Source: Gammaproteobacteria bacterium
GTDB taxonomy: Bacteria; Pseudomonadota; Gammaproteobacteria; Pseudomonadales; UBA5518
DNA: 64,000 nucleotides
Reading direction: 5' to 3'
Assembly (NCBI GenBank): GCA_016718385.1
Contig: JADKDK010000006.1
Location: 509,765 to 573,764, forward strand
In this document: one piece after another, positions 39,623-49,309 of the stretch
How positions within the stretch are numbered: position 1 is the stretch's first letter
Layout of the letters: each line of letters starts with the position of its first letter
The notes under the pieces: model-generated
Told to the model about the DNA's origin: nothing
The model's input: the letters and a program-made list of their open reading frames with translations, nothing else
Database searches by the model: none
Position numbers and translations under genes: made by a program

Positions 39623-40285
39623 ATGAAGAAGTTGTGCAGCGTCCTCGTCATAGCCACCGTGTTGCCGCTCGGCGGCTGCGCCAACATGGACCAGACGCAG
39701 CGCGACACCGGCAAGGGCGCCGGCATCGGCGCCGCAGCGGGCGCGGTGCTCGGCGCCGCGATCGGCGGCTCGCGCGAGGGCGCCGCCACGGGCGCCGCCA
39801 TCGGGGCCGTGGGCGGCGCGATCGCCGGCAACGTGTGGTCGAAGAAGATGCAGCGCCAGAAGGAGCAGATGGAAGCGGCAACGGCGGGCACCGGCGTCAC
39901 GGTGTCGCAGACCGCGGACAACCGGCTGATGCTCGACATCCCGAGCGATATCTCCTTCGACACCAACCGCTACGCGATCAAGCCCGACTTCCGCGCGGTG
40001 CTGGACCAGTTCGCACGCGGCCTGCAGGAGAATGCCGCCACGCGCGTCACGATCATCGGGCACACCGACAGCACGGGCAGCGACGCGATCAACAACCCGC
40101 TGTCGATCAACCGCGCCGCGAGCACGCGCGATTACCTGGCGGCGCGCGGCGTCTCGATGAACCGCATCAGCATCGACGGCCGCGGTTCGCGCGAACCCGT
40201 CGCCAGCAACGACACCGCCGAGGGCCGCGCACGCAACCGCCGCGTGGAGATCTTCGTGGCCGAGCCCGAGTCCGGCGCGTACTGA
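39623..40285 (+). CDS. OmpA-family lipoprotein (glycine-zipper + OmpA_C peptidoglycan-binding domain)
   Basis: ORF 39623..40285. Lipobox LPLGGC, Gly-zipper GAGIGAAAGAVLGAAIGG.., and ..TIIGHTDSTGSDAINNPLSINRA..NRRVEIFV. Confidence 0.9.
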   Translation: MKKLCSVLVIATVLPLGGCANMDQTQRDTGKGAGIGAAAGAVLGAAIGGSREGAATGAAIGAVGGAIAGNVWSKKMQRQKEQMEAATAGTGVTVSQTADNRLMLDIPSDISFDTNRYAIKPDFRAVLDQFARGLQENAATRVTIIGHTDSTGSDAINNPLSINRAASTRDYLAARGVSMNRISIDGRGSREPVASNDTAEGRARNRRVEIFVAEPESGAY

Positions 40286-40300
40286 GCGCCGGGCCCCGTC

Positions 40301-40903
40301 TCAGGAACTGCCCATCGCCTTGACCAGGCGGTCCAGGTAGGCGAGCCGCGCCAGCGGCTCGGATTCTCCGAGCACCGCGTAGCGGTCGCTTTCCTCGAGC
40401 GGCAGGTATTGCGCGAGCGCCCACGACAGGCTCGCGCTGTCGGCCCAGCTGCCGCTCACGCCGAGGCGCGCGAGCGCGGGATGCTCGGCTAGACCGCTCA
40501 TGATGTCGTGCAGGAACAGGTGCTCGTCCGCCAGCGGCCCGCTCGCGGGCTCCGCCAGCCACTGCACCTCGCCCAGCAGCAGGCCGTTCGCCTGCACGCG
40601 GCTGTCCAGGATGCGGAAGCGGCGCGAGCCTTCCACCGTGATGCGCAGGCGCCCCGCGGGCAGCGCATCCCAGTCGACGATGCGCGCGAGCGTGCCGATC
40701 TCCGCGGTGGCGGGCGGCGTCGTCCCCTGCGCAATGATCACTTCGTGCCCGCTGGTGATGCGCACGATGCCGAAGCCCGAGTCGGTCTTCATGCAATGGC
40801 TCACGAGGTCGAGGTAGCGCGGCTCGAAGATCTGCAGCGGCAGGCGCCCGCCTGGCAGCAGCACGGCGCTCAGCGGGAACAGGGGCAGCTCTTCGGTATT
40901 CAT
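40301..40903 (-). CDS. LON N-terminal (substrate-binding) domain protein
   Basis: ORF 40301..40954, start at MNTEELPLFPLSAVLLPGGRLPLQIFEPRYLDL (40903). Confidence 0.8.
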   Translation of the reverse strand: MNTEELPLFPLSAVLLPGGRLPLQIFEPRYLDLVSHCMKTDSGFGIVRITSGHEVIIAQGTTPPATAEIGTLARIVDWDALPAGRLRITVEGSRRFRILDSRVQANGLLLGEVQWLAEPASGPLADEHLFLHDIMSGLAEHPALARLGVSGSWADSASLSWALAQYLPLEESDRYAVLGESEPLARLAYLDRLVKAMGSS

Positions 40904-40910
40904 GCGTGCC

Positions 40911-43244
40911 TCACGCGTTCGCGGGATCGAAGCCGTCCTCCCGGCCCGGCGCACTGCGCCGGGCCGGCAGCCGGAACCACAGCAGCAACGGCGGCAGCAG
41001 CAGCGCGGTGAAGCCCGCGGCGGCCGTCAGCGCCACCGCGCACAGCAGGCCGAGGTCGGCGCTAGGGCGGAAATCGGACGCCATCAGCAGCGCGAAGGCC
41101 GCGCCGATGCCGGGGGGAATGTAGCACAGCGCCGCCGCGGCGCCCGAGCGCTGCAGCGCGCTCGCGTGATCGGCGCCCGCGCGCAGCGCCGCCGCGACGC
41201 GCCACAGGGCGTGCAGGGTGCCGGCGGCACAGCTCGCCACCGCGAGCGCGGCGAACGCGGCGGTGAAAGGTCCGAGCGGCACGCCGAGCCAGCCCGGCGC
41301 GCCCACGGCCACCGCGGCGGTGCACAGGCTGGGCGCCAGCGCCAGCAGCGCGAGCAGCGGCGAACGGAAGCGCGCGAGCACCAGCAGCGCGAGCACGGCA
41401 CAGGCCGCCGCGGCGGCGACGAGCTGCGTGCGGAGCAGCGTCTGCGACGCGCTGCCCGGGCCCGGCGCCGGACCGCCGATGCGCACCTGCTCCGGCGCGA
41501 AGCCGAACTCCCCGACCAGCTGCGCGCGGATGCGCCCCGCCAGCTCGTCGCGCGGCGGGGCAGCGCCGGTCCCGTTCAGCCCCACCACGACCAGGGTGCG
41601 GGGCGCGTCGGCCGACAGCCAGGGCTCGAGCAACAGCGCGCGCCGCGCCGCCGGCATGCCGCGCCACGCGGCGGCCAGCTGCCCGTCGTCGGCCGTGCCG
41701 CCCAGCAGCTCGGCCGCGGTCGCGCCGAACAGCGCCAGCGAGCGCACCCCGGCGCTTCCGTCCAGGACGTCGAGGTACTCGTGCACCTGGCGCAGGCGCT
41801 GCAGACCGCGGGCGCTGTACCACGGGTTCGCGGATCCCGCTCCCGCCTGCCCCGGCGTGTCCGACTCGAGCACGATCGCGAGCGCATCGGAACCGCCGAA
41901 TTCGCGGTCGATGTCCAGCGTGCCGCGGTACAGCGCGGTGGATGTGCCGAAGCGCTCCAGCAACCGGTCCTCGGGTTGCAGCCGCTGCACTCCGGCGAGC
42001 CCCCCGGCCGCCAGCGCCAGCGCCAGCAGCGTCGCGGCGATGCCGTGACGCGCGGGCAGCGCGGCAAGGCGTTCCAGCGCCCGCGGGGACGCCACCGCCT
42101 GCCGCCCGCCGCCGGCGGCGAGCAGCAGCAGCACCGGCACCAGCACGCTGGCCACCAGCGCCGCCAGCCCGATGCCGAGCGCGGCGGTCACGCCGAGGGA
42201 GGCAACCGGCGCGAGTCCGCCCGCAGCGAGCGCGAGCGCCGCGACGACCGCCACGGCCGCGCCGCCCAGCAGCGGTGCGAGCAGCTCGTGCAGCGTTTCG
42301 CCGACCAGCTCGCGCGGTGCGCGCGCGGGCTCCCGCGCCAGGCGCTCGCGGCAGGCCGCGACCAGGCGCAGCGCCATGACGGACGCCGCGGCCAGCGCGA
42401 CGGCAATCGCGCCGGCCGGGACCGCCCCGGGCGCGCGAGCGCTCCAGCCGAGCAGGCCGAGCAGCAGCACGACGCAAGCGCCCCCGGCAGCAGGCGGAAC
42501 GATCGCCCACTGCGGTCGCCGCCACAGCGCGAGCAGCAACAGGGCCATCACGGCGGGTATCGCCGCCCCGTAGCGCACGAAGTCCCGCTGCACGAAGGCC
42601 GGCGTCGCGGCCGTGCCGAGCGCCGCGCCGCCCAGGAACAGCGTGGCCTCGTCGCGATGACGCGCCAGCACGGCGTGCAGGTCGTCGAGCAGCCGGCGCT
42701 GCCCCGCGAGCAGCGCCTCCGCGGCCTCGGGCTCCAGCGTGATGCGCAGCGCCGTCTGCTGGCCGTCGCCCGCGAGCAGCGAGCGGCGGTACAGGGGGCT
42801 CTGCATGAGCTCGGCCCGCGCGAGGTCCGTGTCGACCCCGGTGTCCTGCACGTGCAGCAGATCCCCGCCGATGTCGGCGAAGCGGATCGGCGGGCTGAAC
42901 AGCAGCGGCACCTCGAGCAGGCTGTGCACGGCGTGCACCCCGGCCACCCCGGCGAGCTCCACGCGCAGCCGCGCGATGCGCTCGAGCACGAGTTCCGACA
43001 TCAGGTCCTCGCGCAGCGGCCGGTAGGTGAGCACGAGGAAGTCCTGCGGCCCGAACTCGCCGGCGAGCCCGCGGGCGAAGGCGCGCGCGGCAGCGTCGGC
43101 GCCCGGCGCCTGCACCGGCGCGTCGACGCGCAGGCCGGGTATGTGCGCACCGACGATCAGCAGCAGCGCGAGCATCACCAGCAGGCTGTGCCAGGGCCGC
43201 GCCAGCAGCAGCCGCTCACACGGTTTCAGCCATCGTCCGCTCAT
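40911..43244 (-). CDS. MMPL/RND-superfamily exporter (12-TM, two large periplasmic loops)
   Basis: ORF 40911..43574, start at MSGRWLKPCERLL.. (43244), 777 aa. Two hydrophobic six-helix-like blocks alternate with soluble segments. It ends 7 nt before the LON-domain gene. Confidence 0.7.
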   Translation of the reverse strand: MSGRWLKPCERLLLARPWHSLLVMLALLLIVGAHIPGLRVDAPVQAPGADAAARAFARGLAGEFGPQDFLVLTYRPLREDLMSELVLERIARLRVELAGVAGVHAVHSLLEVPLLFSPPIRFADIGGDLLHVQDTGVDTDLARAELMQSPLYRRSLLAGDGQQTALRITLEPEAAEALLAGQRRLLDDLHAVLARHRDEATLFLGGAALGTAATPAFVQRDFVRYGAAIPAVMALLLLALWRRPQWAIVPPAAGGACVVLLLGLLGWSARAPGAVPAGAIAVALAAASVMALRLVAACRERLAREPARAPRELVGETLHELLAPLLGGAAVAVVAALALAAGGLAPVASLGVTAALGIGLAALVASVLVPVLLLLAAGGGRQAVASPRALERLAALPARHGIAATLLALALAAGGLAGVQRLQPEDRLLERFGTSTALYRGTLDIDREFGGSDALAIVLESDTPGQAGAGSANPWYSARGLQRLRQVHEYLDVLDGSAGVRSLALFGATAAELLGGTADDGQLAAAWRGMPAARRALLLEPWLSADAPRTLVVVGLNGTGAAPPRDELAGRIRAQLVGEFGFAPEQVRIGGPAPGPGSASQTLLRTQLVAAAAACAVLALLVLARFRSPLLALLALAPSLCTAAVAVGAPGWLGVPLGPFTAAFAALAVASCAAGTLHALWRVAAALRAGADHASALQRSGAAAALCYIPPGIGAAFALLMASDFRPSADLGLLCAVALTAAAGFTALLLPPLLLWFRLPARRSAPGREDGFDPANA

Positions 43245-43411
43245 CGTGCGCAATCGTCCTCGCGGGGCATCGGGATGCGGCATCGTCCACGCCGGCGCGG
43301 CGCCGCAACGACCTGCCGGCAGGGGGTCGGCCCGGAGCGAAGCAAAGGTGGGCGGCGCGTCGTGGAGGGGGTGCCCGGAAGCGGGCGCGACTCTAGCATC
43401 ATCGGCCGCGG

Positions 43412-44032
43412 TCAGACCAGCACGTCGAGCAGTTCGTCGAGCATCATCAGCGAGAGCCCCCAGATGCGGTGCTCGCCGTACAGGTAGCAAGGCAACTCGA
43501 GCGGCACCCCGTTCGGCGCCACGCGCATCTTCTCGCGGTTGGCGCGATCGGCCAGGAAGGGCAGCGGCACCCACACCACGTCGGCGACTTCGTGGTTGGG
43601 CACGAGCGGCGGCAGCGAACGCAGCTGGAACACGTAGGGCGTGATGATCATCGCGCCGCCGCGCAGCGGCGGGTGCGTCGGGATGTCCGACAGCCGGCCG
43701 ATGAGGCGCGCGTGGCGATCGGCGTCCAGCGCGACCTCTTCCAGCGTCTCGCGCTTGGCGGTCGCCAGCGTGTTGCGATCGCCGCGGTCCTTGCGCCCGC
43801 CGGGAAAGGCCATGTGGCCGGACCAGCGGTCGCCCTCGCGGTCGGCGCGCTTGATCATCAGCACCGAGAGCCCGCCGGGCAGGTGGTCGCTGAGATAGAG
43901 CCCCACCGCGGAGCGCGCCAGGATGCGCCGCACCAGCTTGCGGCGCGGGCGATATTCCGCCAGCAGCTGCACCGCCGCGCCGAGGTCGTACAGCGCGGGG
44001 CTCGTGTCGTCCTGTGCTTTTTTCCGGGCCAT
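43412..44032 (-). CDS. NUDIX hydrolase (CoA-pyrophosphatase-like)
   Basis: Tail of ORF 43412..45523, from MARKKAQDD... Nudix box GGRKDRGDRNTLATAKRETLEEVAL. Confidence 0.8.
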   Translation of the reverse strand: MARKKAQDDTSPALYDLGAAVQLLAEYRPRRKLVRRILARSAVGLYLSDHLPGGLSVLMIKRADREGDRWSGHMAFPGGRKDRGDRNTLATAKRETLEEVALDADRHARLIGRLSDIPTHPPLRGGAMIITPYVFQLRSLPPLVPNHEVADVVWVPLPFLADRANREKMRVAPNGVPLELPCYLYGEHRIWGLSLMMLDELLDVLV

Positions 44033-44113
44033 CTCGATCTGCCGCCGCGATACCGCTCTTGCTCTTCGGCGGTCAGCCGGGACAATAGCCGATTCACGAG
44101 GGATTTTCACCGC

Positions 44114-45628
44114 ATGCAGCAGCACCACACCGGCCCCGGGGCGTCCTGGCTCCGCTTGCGCGACGTCTCCGTGCGCCTGCACGGCAAATTGTTCCTGCGC
44201 GGCTTCGACTGGAGCGCCGCGCCGGGTGAGCAGTGGGCCGTGCTCGGCCCGAACGGCGCCGGCAAGACGCTGCTGGCGCAGCTGATCGCAGGCGCGCTGC
44301 ACCCGGCGAGCGGCGAGCTCGAACTCGCCGCCGACATCACGCCGGCCCGGATCGCGTGGGTCTCGTTCGAGGCGCAGCGCGAGCTCTGCGCCGCCGACGC
44401 GCGCCACGACATCAGCGATTACCTGGAGAACGCCGTCGACGCCGGCACCACCGTGCGCGCGCTGCTCGCAGCGGCGGCGCGCCGCCCCGCGCGCGCAGGC
44501 GAAGTGGCCGCGATGCTCGGCATCGAGGCGCTGATGGAGCGCGGCATCCGCTTCCTCTCGAGCGGCGAGACCCGCCGCACGCTGTTCGCGCACGCGCTGC
44601 TGATGGAGCCACGCCTGATGGTGCTGGACAACCCCTTCGAAGGCGTCGACCGCGCCTCGCGGCAGGTCCTGCGCGCGCTGGTCGACGAGCTGCTCGGCGG
44701 GCCCACTCACGTGCTGCTGCTGACGCGCCGACCGCAGGACATCGCGCCCGGCATCAGCCACGTGCTGCTGCTCGAGCGCGGCCGGGCCTGCGACCGCGGG
44801 CCGCGCGAGGCCGTGCTCGCGGGCGCCGCGATGCAGCGGCTCTTCGGCCCCGGCGCGCGGCTCGCGGCCGTGCCGCTGCCCGCGCCGCCCGACGACGCGC
44901 CCGCGGAGCCCTGCGACGGCCCGCTGATCGAGCTCCGGGACGTGCACGCGCACTACGGCGAGAACGAGGTGCTGGACGGCGTCGGCCTGCGCCTCGAGCC
45001 CGGCGAGCACCTGTGCATCGCGGGGCCCAACGGCTGCGGCAAGTCGACGCTGCTGGCGCTGATCTGCGGCGACAACCCGCGCGCCTACGGCCAGCACGTG
45101 AAGCTCTTCGGCCGCCTGCGCGGCAGCGGCGAGTCGGTGTGGGACATCAAGCGCCGTTTCGGCATCGTCAGCAACCAGCTGCACCTGTCCTACCCGCCGC
45201 GCACCCGCGCCTTCGACGTCGTGGCCAGCGGCTTCTTCGACACGCTGGGACTCTACGACACCTGCGGCCCCGGGCAGGCGAAGCTGGCGCGCGAGTGGCT
45301 CGGCGTGCTCGGGTTGTCGGAGCGCGCCGCCGAGCGCTTCGACGCGCTCTCCTTCGGCGAGCAGCGCATGATGCTGATCGCGCGCGCGATGGTGAAGCAC
45401 CCGCCGATCCTGATCCTCGACGAGCCGTGCTCGGGCCTCGACGAGGCGAACCGCCGCCGCGTGCTGGAACTGATCGACCGCATCGGGCACGAGACGCGCA
45501 CGCAGATGCTCTACGTGAGCCACGAGGCCGACGAGATGCCGGCCTGCATCACGCGCCGGCTCGAGTTCCGCCGCGACGGCGCGGGACGCTACCGGCTAGA
45601 GCCCATGGAACACCGGCCCGGCGCGTAA
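44114..45628 (+). CDS. ABC ATPase with two nucleotide-binding domains and no permease (ModF-like)
   Basis: Within ORF 43469..45628, from ATG 44114. Walker A GPNGAGKT and GPNGCGKS; signatures LSSGE and LSFGE. Confidence 0.8.
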   Translation: MQQHHTGPGASWLRLRDVSVRLHGKLFLRGFDWSAAPGEQWAVLGPNGAGKTLLAQLIAGALHPASGELELAADITPARIAWVSFEAQRELCAADARHDISDYLENAVDAGTTVRALLAAAARRPARAGEVAAMLGIEALMERGIRFLSSGETRRTLFAHALLMEPRLMVLDNPFEGVDRASRQVLRALVDELLGGPTHVLLLTRRPQDIAPGISHVLLLERGRACDRGPREAVLAGAAMQRLFGPGARLAAVPLPAPPDDAPAEPCDGPLIELRDVHAHYGENEVLDGVGLRLEPGEHLCIAGPNGCGKSTLLALICGDNPRAYGQHVKLFGRLRGSGESVWDIKRRFGIVSNQLHLSYPPRTRAFDVVASGFFDTLGLYDTCGPGQAKLAREWLGVLGLSERAAERFDALSFGEQRMMLIARAMVKHPPILILDEPCSGLDEANRRRVLELIDRIGHETRTQMLYVSHEADEMPACITRRLEFRRDGAGRYRLEPMEHRPGA

Positions 45629-45655
45629 GTGGGGCTCTGGCGCTAGATGCGGTCG

Positions 45656-45709
45656 GGGCTATTCGGGCTATCAGCGCTATCAGGGCTATCAGGGCTATCA
45701 GGGCCAATG
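45656..45709. repeat. 9-bp tandem repeat GGGCTATCA x5-6
   Basis: Units read directly: GGGCTATTC, GGGCTATCA, GCGCTATCA, GGGCTATCA, GGGCTATCA, GGGCCAATG. Confidence 0.85.
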
Positions 45710-45730
45710 TTCGGCTGAAGCCGAACCTAC
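45709..45730 (-). repeat. REP hairpin (reverse orientation; GTAGGTTCGGCTTCAGCCGAAC)
   Basis: The plus strand reads GTTCGGCTGAAGCCGAAC-CTAC. Confidence 0.85.
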
Positions 45731-45778
45731 GGCCGAACCTAAGGCCGGACCAACGGCCGGACCAACGGCCGGACCTGC
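45731..45778. repeat. 12-bp tandem repeat GGCCGGACCAAC x4 (3' half-REP units)
   Basis: GGCCGAACCTAA, GGCCGGACCAAC, GGCCGGACCAAC, GGCCGGACCTGC. The unit equals the REP right arm GCCGGAC plus its tail. Confidence 0.85.
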
Positions 45779-45779
45779 C

Positions 45780-45824
45780 GTAGGTCGGGCTTCAGCCCGA
45801 CAAGGGTTCGGCAAGGCCGAACCC
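45780..45824 (+). repeat. REP hairpin GTAGGTCGGGCTTCAGCCCGAC followed by hairpin GGGTTCGGC-AAG-GCCGAACCC
   Basis: Read directly at 45780-45801 and 45804-45824. Confidence 0.85.
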
Positions 45825-45887
45825 GCCACATGCCACCCGGGCACCCATCCCGATGGACGGCGGCCGACGGCGGGGCGGTCCCCGGCG

Positions 45888-46622
45888 TCAGCCCGACTTC
45901 CCGCGCCGCGCGCGCTCGATGATCGCACCCAGGCGCTGCTGCATCTCGGCGTCGGGCTGGTAGCTGAGCCCCTTGCGCGCGAGCTGCTCGGCCAGCGCGT
46001 AATCGCCGCGCTCGAGCCGGAGCGTGGCCAGCTCGCAGTACACGGCAGGGTCGGCCGGCGCGATGCGCAGAGCGCGCTCGGCCGCGGCGATCGCGGCATC
46101 GAGGTTGCCGCCGCGGCGCTCCGTCGCTGCCTGCGCGAGCAGGGTGTTCACCGCGGTGTTCGCGCTCGGCGGCGGCGCGTGCAGCTCGACCTGCGCCGCG
46201 GCGCGATCATCGCCCGGCTCGATCGTGAATCCGTCCCCCGACGCGGAGGGCGCGGCTCCGGGCAGCGGCAGCGCCGCCTCGGGAGCCGGCTCCGCCGCCG
46301 GGATGCCGCCCGGCGCGGCCGGGTACGCGGACGGCGGCTGCCCCGCCCGCGGCGGTTGCGCCGCCGGGTAGGCCGGGCGCGGCGCGGTGGTCGCGGGCGC
46401 CGCGGCCGGTCGCGCGGGATAGGCCTTCGCCACGCCCGGCTGCGGCGCGGCCGGCGCGGGCGCACGCCTGCCCGCCGCGGCGCCCGGCTCCGGCACGTCG
46501 ACGCGCGGCGGCGCGTGCGTCGACTCGGCGAACTGCCCGGCGCAGCCCCCGAGCAGCGGCAGGCAGGCGATGGCGGCGATGCGCAGCACGCGCAAGCACT
46601 GGCCGGCAGATTGGCTCATCAT
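45888..46622 (-). CDS. TPR-repeat lipoprotein with Pro/Ala-rich linker
   Basis: ORF 45888..46685, start at MMSQSAGQ (46622). Lipobox LLGGC. C-terminal TPR units (..NLDAAIAAAERALRIAPADPAVYCELATLRLERGDYALAEQLARKGL..). Confidence 0.7.
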   Translation of the reverse strand: MMSQSAGQCLRVLRIAAIACLPLLGGCAGQFAESTHAPPRVDVPEPGAAAGRRAPAPAAPQPGVAKAYPARPAAAPATTAPRPAYPAAQPPRAGQPPSAYPAAPGGIPAAEPAPEAALPLPGAAPSASGDGFTIEPGDDRAAAQVELHAPPPSANTAVNTLLAQAATERRGGNLDAAIAAAERALRIAPADPAVYCELATLRLERGDYALAEQLARKGLSYQPDAEMQQRLGAIIERARRGKSG

Positions 46623-46688
46623 TGCTTCCCCGTTGTCCTGAAGCCGTGCAAATCCGTCGCATCGGGCGGCGGCGCAAGCGCGCACGCC

Positions 46689-49179
46689 TCAGCGCCCGCC
46701 GCCGAACCAGCGCTTCCACCACGTCTCGCGCGCTTTCTCTTCCTGCTGCTGCCGCGGTTGCTGCGGCGGCGCGGCGCCGGGCGCTGGGGCGGCGGCAGGC
46801 GCCTCGGCCGGCTTGCCGCCGGACCAGGGCCAGCGTGAGCCGGTGCAGGCGGCGTCGTAGTCCGGCTCGGTGCCGTTCAGGAACGGCATCAGGCGCGCGT
46901 CCGGGCAGCCCTCGCCGCTCAGCCCGCCGCCCGCCTCGTCGACCCAGGTCTCGGTCACCCCGCCCGGTGCGCGCGCGCGGCGCGGCTCGCGGCTCACCGC
47001 CGCCATCAGCCCGGTCCACGCGGGCAGCGCCCCGGTGGCGCCGGTGAGCGCCGTGACGCCGTTGTCGTCGCGCCCGATCCACACCACCGCGAGCAGGTCG
47101 CCGGAATAACCCGCGAACCAGCTGTCGCGCTGGTCGTCGGTGGTGCCGGTCTTGCCGGCCACCACCAGCCCCGACGGCAGGCGGTTGTAGGCCGCCCGCG
47201 CGGTGCCCGAGCGCACCACTTCCTTCAACGCGTATTCGAGCAGGTACACCGCCGACTGGCGCACCTTCTGCTCCACCGCCACAGGATAGCGCGTCAAAGG
47301 CTCACCCGAGGCGTCCATCACCTCGCGGATAGCGCTCAGCGGCGAACTGAAGCCGCCCGAGGCGATGGTCTGGTACATCCCGGCGACCTCGATCGGGCTG
47401 AGCGCCACGGCGCCGAGCGCGACCGAGGGCAGCGGCGGCACCTCGCGCTCGACGCCGAGGCGGTGGATCGTGTCGACCACGCGCTCGATGCCGAGCTCCA
47501 GCCCGAGCCGCGCCGTGGACTGGTTGTACGACTGCGCCAGCGCGCGGTGCAGCCGCACCATGCCGTGGTCCTCGCGATCGTAGTTGCGCGGACGCCACAC
47601 CTGGCCGTTGGCGCCCTTGTAGGCCACCGGCCCGTCGTCGAGCGGCGTGAGCAGCGTGTAGCGACCGTCCTCCAGCGCGGTGAGGTAGACCGCCGGCTTC
47701 ATCAGCGAGCCCACCGGGCGCTGGGCGTCGAGCGCGCGGTTGAAGCCGGCCACGCGCGAGTTGCGCCCGCCCACCACCGCCAGCACCTCGCCGCTGTCGA
47801 CTCGGGTCACGATCACGGCGCCTTCCAGCCCCTGTTGCGGCTTGCCGCGCGCCCTGGCGTCGTTCTCGATCTTCGCCAGCGTCTCCTGCAGCGAGGTCTC
47901 CGCCGCGCGCTGTACCGCCGGGTCGAGGCCGGTGAAGATCTGCAGGCCTTCGGAGCTGAGGACCTCCTCGCTGTAGTCGCGGCGCAGCTGGCGCCGCACC
48001 AGGTCGAGGTAGGCCGGATAGAACTTCGAGCGCGCCTGGTCGCGATCGCCCACACCGAGCGGCATCGCGGCGATCTTCGCCGCCTCCGCGGTGCCGATGA
48101 CCTGCTGGTCGACCATCAGCGCGAGCACCGTGTCGCGCCGCTCGCGCGCGCGCTCGGGATGGCGCCACGGATCGTAGTACGAGGGGCCGCGCACCATGCC
48201 GACCAGCAGCGCGATCTGCGGCGTGTCGAGCTCGTTGATCGGCCGGTTGAAGTAGTAGTGGCTCGCGAGCCCGAAGCCGTGGATGGCGCGGTGTCCGTCC
48301 TGCCCGAGGTAGATCTCGTTCAGGTAGGCCTCGAGGATCTCCTCCTTGCTGTAGCGCAGTTCCATCACCACCGCCATCGCGAGCTCCATGAGCTTGCGCG
48401 TGATGGTGCGCTCGCGGGTCAGGAAGAAATTCTTGACCAGCTGCTGCGTCAGCGTGCTGCCGCCCTGCTCGAGCGCGCCGCTGCTCACGTTGACCCACAT
48501 CGCGCGCGCGATGCCCTTCAGCGAGACGCCGTGGTGCGAGTCGAAGTTCTGGTCCTCGACCGCCATCAGCGTGCGGATCAGCAGCGGCGGCACGTCGCTC
48601 ACCCGCACCAGGATGCGGTCCTCGTTGTGCGCCGGGTAGATCCCGCCGATGTGCACCGGCTCCAGCCGCGCCAGCGCGACCTCGGTGCCCTGCTCGTCGC
48701 GGACCGCGCGCACCGAGTTGCCGGCGAACTCCACGCGCAGGCGCCGCGCGGGCTCCTCGCCGTCCCAGAAGCGGAAGCCGCGCGTCGCGATCGACACCGT
48801 GCTGCCCGAGACGGTGTAGGTGCCGGCGGCCGTCCGCGCCGCCGGCGGCACGGTATCCCAGCGTCTCGAGCTCGGCGCCGAGCTCGCGCGGCCCCACCGG
48901 GGCGCCGGCGTAGAGCTCGAGCGGGCGCCCGTAGACCATCGCCGGCACCGCCCACTTCTTGCCCGAGAACTCGCGCTGGATGTAGGCGTCCAGGTACATG
49001 AACAGGAGCGCGCCCACCACGACGCCCGCGGCCGCGACGCGCAGCAGCACGACGGGCCAGCGTCGCGGCCGGACCGGGGCGGGTTTGCGCGGTGGCTTGC
49101 GGTCGGATCTGCGCGGCGGTTTTCGCTCGGGCTGGTGGACTACGCCGCGTTGCGGGCTGCGGTCGGATACGGAAGGCAT
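46689..49179 (-). pseudogene. mrcB: penicillin-binding protein 1B (bifunctional glycosyltransferase/transpeptidase), frameshifted near 48838-48856 as sequenced
   Basis: ORF 46689..48851 holds the UB2H, GT51 (..EDQNFDSHHGVSLKG..GGSTLTQQLVKN..) and TP (SLMKP, KTGTT) domains. The cytoplasmic tail, TM helix and ..KKWAVPAMVYGRPLELYAG.. are in ORF 47302..49188. Confidence 0.85.
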
Positions 49180-49235
49180 GGGGCGCAAGTGTACGGAGAA
49201 GCCCCATACCCTACAAACAAATGCAGGTTTTCACA

Positions 49236-49264
49236 TTGAGCCGCGCCCGCGCGCTGCGGATAAT
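49236..49264 (+). promoter_or_regulatory. candidate sigma70 promoter TTGAGC-17 nt-GATAAT for the kinase gene
   Basis: Hexamers at 49236-49241 and 49259-49264 with a 17-nt spacer, 46 nt upstream of ATG 49310. Confidence 0.4.
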
Positions 49265-49309
49265 CGCGCGCCGGGAACTCCCCCGGTTCGCGGCACAACG
49301 GAACAGCGC

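Noticed and set aside
45656-45778. Possible CRISPR array, because of regularly repeated short units.
   Set aside because: The units (9 and 12 bp) are directly contiguous with no spacers, are far shorter than CRISPR repeats, and there are no cas genes.
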